Shown here: positions 37,633-46,804 of the stretch, one piece after another
Position numbering within the stretch: position 1 is the stretch's first letter
How the letters are laid out: every line of letters begins with the position of its first letter
Assembly (NCBI GenBank): GCA_041650995.1
Contig: JBAZJZ010000002.1
Coordinates: 77,344-141,343 of the forward strand
Direction: 5' to 3'
DNA: 64,000 nucleotides
DNA from: Patescibacteria group bacterium
Lineage (GTDB): Bacteria; Patescibacteriota; Patescibacteriia; XYB2-FULL-38-15
The notes under the pieces: model-generated
What the model saw: only the letters and a program-made list of their open reading frames with translations
Told to the model about the DNA's origin: nothing
Databases searched by the model: none
Program-made: the position numbers and the translations under genes

Positions 37633-38313
37633 ATGATTGAATGCAAAAAAATAACAAAAACATATTTAACCGGCACGGGAGCAGTCACTGTCCTGAAAGA
37701 TTTATCGTTCGCTATCGCTGACGGAGAATTTGTCGCGATTATGGGTCCGTCTGGTTCAGGAAAATCAACCCTGATGAACATTTTGGGGGCGTTAGATATT
37801 CCGACTTCCGGCGAATATTTTTTAGATAAAAAAAGTGTCGCGGCGTTGTCTGACGACGAGTTGGCCGACATCAGAAAAAATAAAATTGGTTTTGTTTTTC
37901 AATCATTCAATCTTCTTCCGCGCTCCACTGTTTTAAGAAATGTAATGTTGCCGCTTGTTTATGCCGGCGTTCCAAAAGAAGAAAGGGAATCGCGGGCAAG
38001 AGAGTCTCTTTCAAACGCTGGTTTAGACGAAGAACATTTCTATCACCTTACAAACCAACTTTCCGGTGGACAGATGCAAAGAGTGGCAATCGCGAGGGCG
38101 CTTGTGAATAATCCGTCATTAATTTTGGCTGATGAGCCGACAGGAAATCTTGATACCAAAACAGGAGAAGTTGTTCTTGGGACATTAGAGGAATTAAATA
38201 AAAAAAATAATCATACAATTATTTTAATTACCCATGAACGAGGTGTTGCGGAGCATGCGGACAGAATAATTCAGATTCGCGACGGCATTATCGTATCCGA
38301 CGAAAGAAAATAA
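37633..38313 (+). CDS. MacB/LolD-type ABC ATP-binding protein
   Basis: [23 protein letters not shown]. Confidence 0.95.
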   Translation: MIECKKITKTYLTGTGAVTVLKDLSFAIADGEFVAIMGPSGSGKSTLMNILGALDIPTSGEYFLDKKSVAALSDDELADIRKNKIGFVFQSFNLLPRSTVLRNVMLPLVYAGVPKEERESRARESLSNAGLDEEHFYHLTNQLSGGQMQRVAIARALVNNPSLILADEPTGNLDTKTGEVVLGTLEELNKKNNHTIILITHERGVAEHADRIIQIRDGIIVSDERK

Positions 38314-38324
38314 ATAGTTTATAT

Positions 38325-39542
38325 ATGAAAATTAGAGATTTGTTTGAAGAAATTTTTTTGGCGTTGCTTGGGAATAAGGCGCGGTCCGGTCTTACGATTT
38401 TGGGAATTGTCATTGGTATTGGATCAGTGATCGCCATGATTTCTATTGGTCAGGGCGCACAAGGATCAATACAATCAAACATTGAATCCATAGGTTCAAA
38501 TTTGATTCAGGTTATGCCCGGCACGCAGAGGTCATCGGGTGTAAGCGCCGGATGGGGTTCATCTCAAACTTTGACTGCAGAAGATGCCGATGCGATCGGC
38601 GCGGAAATTTTTTTAGCGAACGCCGTGGCGCCGGAAATTTCCGGTCGATATCAAATAACTGCCAAAGGCACAAACACGAATACTTCAGTTGTTGGAATAA
38701 CAGCCTCATATCCCGGAGTTCGAAATGTTGAGATAGAACAAGGTTCTTTTATTTCTGAACAAAACATAAAGAATATGTCGAAGGTCGCGGTTTTGGGGCC
38801 AAGCGCACGAGATGATCTTTTTGGCGAAGAAGTTGATGCAGTTGGACAAACGATCAGAATTAAAGGAATGGAATTTAAGGTTATCGGGGTAACGAAGTCA
38901 AAGGGTGGCAGCGGTTTTGGCAGCCAAGATGATATGATTTTTGTTCCCCTTTCTTCCGCCCAAAAATTTTTAGTCGGGAAAAATTACGTAAGCACGATTA
39001 GTATTCAGGCGAAAGACGCCAAATCAATGACAACGCTTCAAGAAGAAGTTACAGCACTTCTCCTTGCGCGTCATAATATTTCTGATCCAAACTCAGCAGA
39101 TTTTAGAATCATGAATCAAGCCGATGTTGTGGCGAGCGCTTCATCTATAACCAATACATTGACATTGCTTTTGGGTTCAATCGCTGGAATTTCTTTGATT
39201 GTGGGCGGTATTGGCATTATGAATATGATGCTCACTAATGTTACGGAACGAACGCGCGAGATTGGTTTGCGTAAAGCTATTGGCGCGAAACGCAAAGATG
39301 TCAGCCTCCAATTTTTGCTTGAAGCCATGGTGCTTACTTTGGTCGGTGGAGTGGTGGGAATATTTTTTGGATGGCTTGCGTCTTTAGGTGTAGAAAAGTT
39401 TGGGGGAATTACCACCGCAATCTCGCCAACGTCTGTTTTTTTGGCGTGCGGGGTTTCCGCCGCGATCGGAATTATTTTTGGTTATTACCCGGCGAGACGC
39501 GCAGCCAAATTAAATCCAATCCAGGCGCTGCGTTACGAGTAA
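38325..39542 (+). CDS. MacB/FtsX-type ABC permease
   Basis: GIVIGI, GGIGIMN.M, ERTREIG.RKA.GA, P..ALRYE. Confidence 0.95.
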   Translation: MKIRDLFEEIFLALLGNKARSGLTILGIVIGIGSVIAMISIGQGAQGSIQSNIESIGSNLIQVMPGTQRSSGVSAGWGSSQTLTAEDADAIGAEIFLANAVAPEISGRYQITAKGTNTNTSVVGITASYPGVRNVEIEQGSFISEQNIKNMSKVAVLGPSARDDLFGEEVDAVGQTIRIKGMEFKVIGVTKSKGGSGFGSQDDMIFVPLSSAQKFLVGKNYVSTISIQAKDAKSMTTLQEEVTALLLARHNISDPNSADFRIMNQADVVASASSITNTLTLLLGSIAGISLIVGGIGIMNMMLTNVTERTREIGLRKAIGAKRKDVSLQFLLEAMVLTLVGGVVGIFFGWLASLGVEKFGGITTAISPTSVFLACGVSAAIGIIFGYYPARRAAKLNPIQALRYE

Positions 39543-39584
39543 AATTAACAATTAGCAGTTAATATTTAACAATTAACAAAAACT

Positions 39585-40046
39585 ATGAAGAAATTTTTAC
39601 CTATTTTTATCGCGATCGTAATTATCGTGGGCGGAGCAGCTTTCTATGGAGGAATGAAATATGGAGAAAGTAAAAGAAGCATTGGCGTCCGCGAGGGTTT
39701 TTCTGATTTTGGAAAAGTATCATTTGGAGATAGACAAGGTTTTGCCGGAGAAGCCGGTGCTCTGGGCGGAAAAAACATTGGCGCGAATTTTGTAAGTGGG
39801 GAAATTATTTCAAAAGATGATAAAAGTTTAACTGTGAAACTTCCGGACGGCGGATCAAAAATAATTTTCTTTTCCGATGCAACAAAAATTACAAAAACAG
39901 CTGAGGGAGCCATGGAAGATTTAAAAGTAGGGGAAAATGTTATGGCAAACGGTACGGCCAATGACGGCGGAAGTATTACGGCAGAAACAATTCAGCTACG
40001 GCCGACAATGGTTAGTCCTACAAATACTAATTCCAATAATCAATAA
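39585..40046 (+). CDS. DUF5666-like membrane-anchored protein
   Basis: FYGGMKY after TM; SGEII, DGGSKI, DLKVGE.V...G...DG.SITA. Confidence 0.7.
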   Translation: MKKFLPIFIAIVIIVGGAAFYGGMKYGESKRSIGVREGFSDFGKVSFGDRQGFAGEAGALGGKNIGANFVSGEIISKDDKSLTVKLPDGGSKIIFFSDATKITKTAEGAMEDLKVGENVMANGTANDGGSITAETIQLRPTMVSPTNTNSNNQ

Positions 40047-40163
40047 AAGAGTTTGCGCCATTTTTAAGCACGGAACAAGCGTGAATAAAAAAATAAAACG
40101 GCCGCCGAATCGGCGGCCGTTTTTATATATTTCTTGCGCGGGCTAAAGCCCGCTATTCCAAAA

Positions 40164-41414
40164 CTATTTTTTTTCTTCTTCGGCTTCCGGTATTTCCTGT
40201 TTTGGTTCTTCGGTTTTAACTTCCTCAACTGGTTTTTCGGCCGGAGCTTCCGCGTGAGTTTCCTCCGCGGTTTTTTCTTCAGCATTTTCCTCGGTTGATT
40301 TTTCCAAAGTTTTTTCTTTGGCGCCGCGGAGACTCAGGCCCAAGCGATGGTCGACTGGCTCAATGGAAATAATTTTGAATTTTAGCGTATCGCCAATTTT
40401 TGCCACCTCAGTTGGACTTTGAATCGGTTTCGCGGACAACTCAGAGATGTGGGCTAAGCCGTGGATTTCCGGATCAAGTTCAACAAATAATCCAAAAGGA
40501 TTTATTTTAAGAACCTTGCCTTCCACAACTTGGCCGACATTATATTTTTCGCTGATTTTTTTCCAAGGATCATCAATTAATTTTTTCATTGACAAGAAAA
40601 TTTTTGAACCTTCCACGCCAATGATTTCTGCTTTTATTTCTTCGCCAACCTTAACGACATCTTCCGGATGGTCAATTCTTTGCCAGGCCAATTCGGAAAT
40701 GTGAACCAATCCTTCTAAATTATCAAACTTCACAAAAATGCCAAAATCAGCCAGGGCGGAAACGGTTCCGGAAATTATGTCGCCGACCTTGTAGGAAGAA
40801 ATAATATTTTTTTGTTTTTCTTCCCAGGCGGCCTTTTCCGAAACAATTAATTTTTCTTCTTCCGAGCCCACATCAATAACTTTGACTTCAAGCGGAGTCC
40901 CGACGAAAGTTTTTAATTTTTCTAATATTTTATTTTTCTCGCCGCCCGGCACGCGCGGATAATGTTCCGGCGCGAGTTGCGAGACAGGCAAGAAGCCGAC
41001 AATTTTATTAACATTAATCATTAAACCGCCTTTATTCGCGTCCATCACGGTAGCGATTACGATTTCGCCGGATTTTTGAAGCTCCATCAGTTTGTCCCAA
41101 ATCTTTTTGTGCCCGGCAAAGCGGAAAGACAATTCCATTTCGCCGCGTTCATTTTCCATTTCTAAAATTGTAGCCTCGGTTTCGTCACCCGGTTTTAATT
41201 CGGAATAATCGGCTGATTCGTTGCAAAGCTCCCGGCCGCGGACAACGCCCGTCTTAAATCCCGGAATATCCAAGTTAACTTCGTTTTTACTGATAGTTAA
41301 AACTATGCCGCGGACGACGTCTCCGACCTTGGGAATCGCAAGAAAGTTTCCTTCGGCGAGTAATTTTTCAAATTCTCCACTCTCGGTTTTTTTTGTTAGA
41401 TTTGTTAGATCCAT
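40164..41414 (-). CDS. rpsA: 30S ribosomal protein S1 (four S1 domains)
   Basis: NKGGL, GLVHISEL and GLAHISEL repeats. Confidence 0.92.
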   Translation of the reverse strand: MDLTNLTKKTESGEFEKLLAEGNFLAIPKVGDVVRGIVLTISKNEVNLDIPGFKTGVVRGRELCNESADYSELKPGDETEATILEMENERGEMELSFRFAGHKKIWDKLMELQKSGEIVIATVMDANKGGLMINVNKIVGFLPVSQLAPEHYPRVPGGEKNKILEKLKTFVGTPLEVKVIDVGSEEEKLIVSEKAAWEEKQKNIISSYKVGDIISGTVSALADFGIFVKFDNLEGLVHISELAWQRIDHPEDVVKVGEEIKAEIIGVEGSKIFLSMKKLIDDPWKKISEKYNVGQVVEGKVLKINPFGLFVELDPEIHGLAHISELSAKPIQSPTEVAKIGDTLKFKIISIEPVDHRLGLSLRGAKEKTLEKSTEENAEEKTAEETHAEAPAEKPVEEVKTEEPKQEIPEAEEEKK

Positions 41415-41428
41415 AGTTAATAATTAGA

Positions 41429-41456
41429 GAGGTTGTCGGGAACCCCGGCAAACCTC
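41429..41456 (-). promoter_or_regulatory. Hairpin in the rpsA leader
   Basis: GAGGTT/AACCTC stem ending 14 nt before the ATG. Confidence 0.4.
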
Positions 41457-41559
41457 AAAACTCCTTTCTTTAATAAGATAGAAATAGTATATAACATCTT
41501 GAATTTTTTGGCAAGAAGCGGTAAAATATATGTATAAATAATTAATTTAATAACTTATT

Positions 41560-41877
41560 ATGTCTGAAAGAGGAAGGATTTTAGAGTTTTCATCCGAAAA
41601 AAGAGGAGATCTCCAAAAGGAGAAAAACGACGGTATAAAAATTTTAGAAATTATTCAAGTTGTGAATCCCGACAAAGATCCAGAAATTTTAGTAACATGC
41701 GATTTGGTTGATGGCGTAGTGCAGTTTAAGGGAGACGAAGGCGTGATAGAGGAGTTGCGAAAAGAAGAATTTTATTGGGAGGGTCAGAAGGTTACTCCCG
41801 ATGACGGAGAAAAATTTTTGCGGGCCGTGAAGGCGAGTTATCGCAACCCTTATTTTTTAGCTAGAAAAATAAAGTAA
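41560..41877 (+). CDS. Hypothetical protein
   Basis: 105-aa ORF, first of a three-gene run. Confidence 0.7.
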   Translation: MSERGRILEFSSEKRGDLQKEKNDGIKILEIIQVVNPDKDPEILVTCDLVDGVVQFKGDEGVIEELRKEEFYWEGQKVTPDDGEKFLRAVKASYRNPYFLARKIK

Positions 41878-41882
41878 ATTTT

Positions 41883-43028
41883 ATGAAGGAAAAAAGACCA
41901 AGACCATCTGAGGAAAAGGAAAAAGAATTTGATACAGAGGATATAAAAACAGGCCTAGTTTCTCGGGCAGAAAAAGAAAACAGTGGAGAGGAAGAAAGGA
42001 CAGAAGTGGTTGTCCCGGTTGAGGTCAAGGGAAGCAGGGAGAGTTTAGTCGAAATATCTGAAATTTTGAAAAATACAGATCGCCTAACAGCGGAATTATA
42101 TGATGTGAGACTTGGCGAAGCTGAAAGTCCGGAAGGGATTCAGGAAATAATTAAAGATTTGAACACTTTTCTCGAACTTAGAGAAGCGGAACCATGTAAA
42201 CCTCCTTGCGAACATCTTGATTCAATGGGAGACAAGGGGGTGAAGGGAGCAAATGAAACTTATCTTTTACGGCTAGTAGAGCGCGGCAGAGAAATAGTTG
42301 GAGTGTATAAGCCAGTAAAAGGTGAAGAAATCCACGTATTAAAAGCTGGCATTGAAGACTTCACCCTTCATAAAAGAGAATGGTTAACATGTATGGTTGA
42401 TAGAGCATTGGAACTGGGAGTTGTTCCCCCAACAGTTTTACGTGATGAAGATAAGGGGTTGGGGTCTGTTCAGGCATTCGTGCAAGAGGCGGACGCGGCC
42501 ACTAAGGTCCCTGACCGCGGAAAGAACCCGGAAGATTTAGTTTTGGTGGCTCTACTTCATTCATTAACTGGTCAACAAGATGGTCATCGGGGAAATGAAT
42601 TAATTAAGCGTCAACCAGGAGGAAAGGTGAAGGCCATAGATAATAGCGAAACTTTTGGCGCGGCCTTGTATGACGAGACAGGACAAGAAGTTTTTCCCGC
42701 GCTTCAAGTTTTTTCTAGGGCGCTTGAGGAAGCTAAGGATATAACTACGGCGGTTCAGACGCCACTTTTGGAAATTCATTTGAGAACATTTCTCGATTCA
42801 CCTCGACGGCAGGAAGTTTTAAAGAAAGCTTTTGATTTTGTTTTAGGTGAAGAATCAGACAGTGTTTGGGAGGCATTTATGGGGAAAGCGCGGGATTTGT
42901 TAGAGAAGAAAAAATTGCCAAGCGACTATGACGCAGACATGGCAAGACATGTGATTAGATATGGTTGGTCTCAAGAACAGCGCGGAGCAACGACCAAAAG
43001 AAAAACAGCCGAAGCTCGGGCCGCTTAA
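41883..43028 (+). CDS. PI3/PI4-kinase-like (HipA/SCO1664-like) atypical kinase
   Basis: VYKP..GE, RE.....VD.AL..GVVPPTV.R, GSVQ.FV, D.H.GN, AIDN. Confidence 0.75.
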   Translation: MKEKRPRPSEEKEKEFDTEDIKTGLVSRAEKENSGEEERTEVVVPVEVKGSRESLVEISEILKNTDRLTAELYDVRLGEAESPEGIQEIIKDLNTFLELREAEPCKPPCEHLDSMGDKGVKGANETYLLRLVERGREIVGVYKPVKGEEIHVLKAGIEDFTLHKREWLTCMVDRALELGVVPPTVLRDEDKGLGSVQAFVQEADAATKVPDRGKNPEDLVLVALLHSLTGQQDGHRGNELIKRQPGGKVKAIDNSETFGAALYDETGQEVFPALQVFSRALEEAKDITTAVQTPLLEIHLRTFLDSPRRQEVLKKAFDFVLGEESDSVWEAFMGKARDLLEKKKLPSDYDADMARHVIRYGWSQEQRGATTKRKTAEARAA

Positions 43029-43037
43029 TAAAATTTT

Positions 43038-43571
43038 ATGGCGCAAAAATTATCTGATTTTTTAAAAACCGCGACCAGAACTTCTTATGTTAAAAGTTCG
43101 GTGAAGCAGGCTGTTTCAAAAATGGGAATGAGCGTTTCGCGACAAGTTAGCGAGCGGCAAGCAAAAGAAGTTTTGGGCGAATTGAAAAAATCCGGCGCGA
43201 TAAAAACATATCGTTCTCCAACGGAAATTTTTCGAGAAGCCGAAAGGGCACGCCGTGAGGGACAAAAAATTGACGAGCCAAAAATTACCGTGGAATCGCT
43301 TCGCGAAGAACGAAAAGAGGAAGAGGAGAAGAAAAAACGAATGCGCGAAATGATGTCTAATATTTATGGCCAAGAGCGGGCGCGTGAAGAAGAAAAAGAA
43401 AAAGGCGATGGAAAAGTAAAAAGAAACGTGGCGACTTCGGCTTTGAAACCAAAAGCCGCGCCAGGCCGGGCGGAAACGACCACGTCAATTCTTCGGGGAC
43501 AAAAATCTACTGCAAATAAAACCGCGCCGGAAGAAAAGTCGCCGCAGGCAGTTGATTTAGTAATTGATTAA
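43038..43571 (+). CDS. Hypothetical charged protein
   Basis: 177-aa ORF. Confidence 0.65.
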   Translation: MAQKLSDFLKTATRTSYVKSSVKQAVSKMGMSVSRQVSERQAKEVLGELKKSGAIKTYRSPTEIFREAERARREGQKIDEPKITVESLREERKEEEEKKKRMREMMSNIYGQERAREEEKEKGDGKVKRNVATSALKPKAAPGRAETTTSILRGQKSTANKTAPEEKSPQAVDLVID

Positions 43572-43670
43572 TTTTAAATTTAGAAAATAGAAAAGAAAAA
43601 AATCGCCTTAGGGTGATTTTTATATAAAAAAGCCGCGAAGTCGTAACTTCGCGGCGAGTTGTTCCTCCTG

Positions 43671-43897
43671 TCATTTGTGCGGACCAGGACAGCCGCCCTC
43701 TTTGCCCGGACCATGCTCGTCGTACTCCTCGTCGGGAGTTTTGTCCCAAGCGTCGAAGGCCTCGTGCAGATCGCAGGCGGAATTGGTGCAGTCGTGTTCC
43801 CAGCGGTGGTGATGGGGTTTGTCCTCACCCAGATAGGTGCAGACGATCTGCTCCTGGCCGCATTTGGGCAGACGTTTTGTTTTGCGGATTGTGTCAT
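43671..43897 (-). CDS. Cys/His-rich zinc-ribbon protein requiring a -1 shift (recoded gene or pseudogene)
   Basis: MTQSAKQNVCP in frame 0 continues as KCGQEQIVC..HDC...AC..GCPGPHK* in frame -1; stop lies just before the terminator. Confidence 0.6.
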
Positions 43898-44568
43898 GGT
43901 TCCCCGTAGTGCTTGCGGGAGTAGCGGACGATCAGAGCGGAGCAGATGATCATCCAGGCGGTGATGATGGCGATCGGGAACAATGTCGCCTGGAAAGCCG
44001 CTCCGACCGGCGCCTCGTCCCAGAGCTTCGTCGTGAAGACGAGCGTGCCGAGCACGAGCGTGTACACAATCATGAAGACGTTCATGAGCTTCCTTGTGCT
44101 CCATCGAGTCAGGAATTTCCAGGTTTTCATTTGTCTTTCCTGTGTCTTTGCCCGCGGTGGAAGGTTGGGGGTGATTGCACACACCGCGGGTTCGAGCGTG
44201 ACATCGATCTCTAGCAGTTGCTCGGACACGCTCCCAGCCGCGGGGCTTTCCTGTCCCCTGGGCGGGGTATGGAGTTGGCCGTCCATTCCTTCTCGTTCGC
44301 GGAAGCGACGACTGATCTCGCCTAAGGGCAGCCTCTTGGCGTGACCATCCGACGATTTGCCACAGAAGGGGCAAGTCGACCCTTGCGGGAAGTCGCGATT
44401 TCCGATGTGGTGGCCGGCGTGCTGGGACTTTGTTTCTTGCCAGCCGCAAGCCGGACAGTGAACAACGTATTCATCTTTTAGAAAGACGCTGTCAACTTTC
44501 CGGCCAGAGAAGAGGCACTCGGCTCCCTGCCCGCAATGCGGACAGTTTAGTTTTTTGATGCTCTCCAT
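43894..44568 (-). CDS. Triple CPxCG zinc-ribbon domain joined to a 2-TM domain (possibly two genes)
   Basis: CPHCG, CPACG, CPFCG; internal ATG (MKTWKF, 44130) with a purine-rich leader. Confidence 0.6.
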   Translation of the reverse strand: MESIKKLNCPHCGQGAECLFSGRKVDSVFLKDEYVVHCPACGWQETKSQHAGHHIGNRDFPQGSTCPFCGKSSDGHAKRLPLGEISRRFREREGMDGQLHTPPRGQESPAAGSVSEQLLEIDVTLEPAVCAITPNLPPRAKTQERQMKTWKFLTRWSTRKLMNVFMIVYTLVLGTLVFTTKLWDEAPVGAAFQATLFPIAIITAWMIICSALIVRYSRKHYGEP

Positions 44569-44577
44569 AGCTTCTCC

Positions 44578-45267
44578 TTACATCGTCTTGACAGTAAGCT
44601 CGTAGATCCTCGTGCCATCGGTGGCAAAGGCTACGATTTTTTTGTCTTCCATGGAGGGAACGGAAATGTCGTCGCAGGGACGGGATTCTTTTTCGCCCCA
44701 GACGAGAACCATTTTCTGGCCGAGCTTCGCGCGGTAGAGAGGTCGTCCCACTGCAAAGAAAAGCGGGGGGATGATTTCGTCGTAAGGCTTACTTTCGCGC
44801 GTTCCCTGGACGACAAGCTCTTTGCTAGCCAAGGAAGCGATGTAGAGCGGTTCGCCATCTTTCCACTGAAGTCTGTTGTGGTCGATGGCATCGTAGGGCT
44901 TGCCCTTGGTTTCCCCCCAGCAGACGTGCGGCCGATTGTCGGCCGGATCTCCGGGCCAACCGACATAGAAAGGTTGGTCGCCAGCCATTTTGAGGCCGAG
45001 GATTTGCCGATGTGGCGCGCCTTTCTCCACTTGGTCCTTGTACCCGCTTCGGGGGATGATCCGAAGGACGACCCAGAGATTGTCCCTGCGCCTGGCGGCG
45101 AAAAGGAATCTACCACCAGGAAGGCAAGAAACATCCCTGGCTCCAATGAATTCATTACCAGCGAGAATGAGAAGATTTTTCACCATTCGCGCCGCGCACA
45201 CCGCCTCGGGGAGCTCGACTCCGCCGGGAATTACGGCGGAATATTGCTTGGTTTCTCCGTCGCCCAT
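44578..45267 (-). CDS. Hypothetical beta-repeat protein (GC-rich islet)
   Basis: Three ~38-aa repeats V.(W/Q)G..E..P(Y/C)D.I...P.Y.A; SD GGGAGG. Confidence 0.65.
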   Translation of the reverse strand: MGDGETKQYSAVIPGGVELPEAVCAARMVKNLLILAGNEFIGARDVSCLPGGRFLFAARRRDNLWVVLRIIPRSGYKDQVEKGAPHRQILGLKMAGDQPFYVGWPGDPADNRPHVCWGETKGKPYDAIDHNRLQWKDGEPLYIASLASKELVVQGTRESKPYDEIIPPLFFAVGRPLYRAKLGQKMVLVWGEKESRPCDDISVPSMEDKKIVAFATDGTRIYELTVKTM

Positions 45268-45436
45268 TTTACTGCCTCCCTTCCTTGCCTAAAAGGGTTT
45301 AGGCTCGGTCTTTTATCTTGGCAAAACTGACAGAAATGTCAAGCGCAAGGGTCTCTCCGGAGCTTGCTTTTTTTATAATTTATGTTATAATTTTTAAAGA
45401 TACAAAACGTAGAAGTTTGTTTTTTAATTTAAATTT

Positions 45437-46084
45437 ATGACGATAACATGGCTCGGACAATCTTGTTTTAAAATTCAAAGCGGAGATGTGACCTTGGTTA
45501 CTGATCCATACAATGCGGAAGTTGGTTTTAAATTGCCGCGCTTGACGGCGGATATTGTGACAGTAAGTCATGATCATTTTGATCACAATAATGTCGACGG
45601 AGTTTCCGGCCCAAATGGCGCGCCCTTTGCAATTACAAGTCCGGGCGAGTTTGAAGTAAAAGGAGTTTTTGTTTATGGAAATTCTTTTTGGCATGATAAA
45701 AGCGAGGGGAAGGAGCGGGGACAAAACATAGTCTATTGTATTGAAGCAGAGGGGATTTCTCTTGCTCATCTTGGGGATTTAGGCCATACGTTAAGCGAAG
45801 AGCAAATTGAGAAATTAGACGGCATTGATATTCTTTTTGTTCCGATCGGGGGAAAATGGACTCTTGGTGCGAGCGAAGCGGTAAAAGTTATAAACGAAAT
45901 AGAGCCGCGGATTGTCATTCCCATGCATTATAAAATTCCGGGACTTAAAGTTGACGTTGAAACTATAGATAAATTTTTAAAAGAAATGGGTGCGAGCAAG
46001 GCCGAGAGATTACCTAAATTAAAAATTTCTAAAAAAGATTTACCTCAGGAAGAAACAAGAGTAATCGTACTGGAAAAAAGTTAG
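45437..46084 (+). CDS. MBL-fold metallo-hydrolase
   Basis: WLGQSCF, SHDHFDH, HLGD, IPMHY. Confidence 0.93.
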   Translation: MTITWLGQSCFKIQSGDVTLVTDPYNAEVGFKLPRLTADIVTVSHDHFDHNNVDGVSGPNGAPFAITSPGEFEVKGVFVYGNSFWHDKSEGKERGQNIVYCIEAEGISLAHLGDLGHTLSEEQIEKLDGIDILFVPIGGKWTLGASEAVKVINEIEPRIVIPMHYKIPGLKVDVETIDKFLKEMGASKAERLPKLKISKKDLPQEETRVIVLEKS

Positions 46085-46088
46085 TTTT

Positions 46089-46742
46089 ATGGCGAAAATT
46101 GTAAAAAGAAATAAAAAAACAGTTCATAAACATCCAAGGAGGAAGGAAGTAGAAATTCCCGTTTTTGTGATTAGAGAAAAAGAGCAAATTGTTTCTCCGG
46201 CGGCGAGAAAAAAAGCTACTCTCGGAAAAGATGAGAAGGGCGCGAACGAATTTGGGATTTTAAAAGACGGGGATGATCTGCCAGTATTTCAAAATTTTTC
46301 CGAATCCGCCGATGAAGAAAAAAACCAGGACGAAGTTGAGGTTGAGAAGGAGTGGAAATATTTAAAGGATGCGACACATAAAAAAGATACAGATGTTCTG
46401 GTTTCAGAGAAAAAAAGCCCGAAGAAGAAGGTCCTCTTGTCCGAATCGAAAAAAAGGATTATTATGTGGGCAAGTGTAGCAGTCTTCGCGTGCTTGATTT
46501 TTTTTATCTGGTTTTCCAGTTTAGAAAATAATTTCGCCAATTTATTTGGCTCCGCCAGTTTTACTTTTTCTCGTTCTGAGGGAGTTTTGGAAGAGGTGGG
46601 AGACAGCTTGGAAGAATTTAAAGAGCAAATAAATTCTTCGGTTGAAACGACCGAAGCGGAAGGCGGGGATGGAGAGAAAGGTCTTCTTGATCAAATTAAA
46701 GAAAAAATTTTAGTTGAAGAATTAAAAGATAAAGTGCAGTAG
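46089..46742 (+). CDS. Hypothetical single-TM protein
   Basis: Charged N-terminus and a central TM helix. Confidence 0.7.
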   Translation: MAKIVKRNKKTVHKHPRRKEVEIPVFVIREKEQIVSPAARKKATLGKDEKGANEFGILKDGDDLPVFQNFSESADEEKNQDEVEVEKEWKYLKDATHKKDTDVLVSEKKSPKKKVLLSESKKRIIMWASVAVFACLIFFIWFSSLENNFANLFGSASFTFSRSEGVLEEVGDSLEEFKEQINSSVETTEAEGGDGEKGLLDQIKEKILVEELKDKVQ

Positions 46743-46804
46743 CGCTGTGTTGACCACACTCGCTCGTTTGTCAATAAATTTAGAGTAGATAATATTTAAA
46801 GATC

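Noticed and set aside
43580-44449. 289-aa minus-strand ORF
   Set aside because: Overlaps better-supported frames and reads through the terminator; only its MTQSAKQNVCP segment appears real
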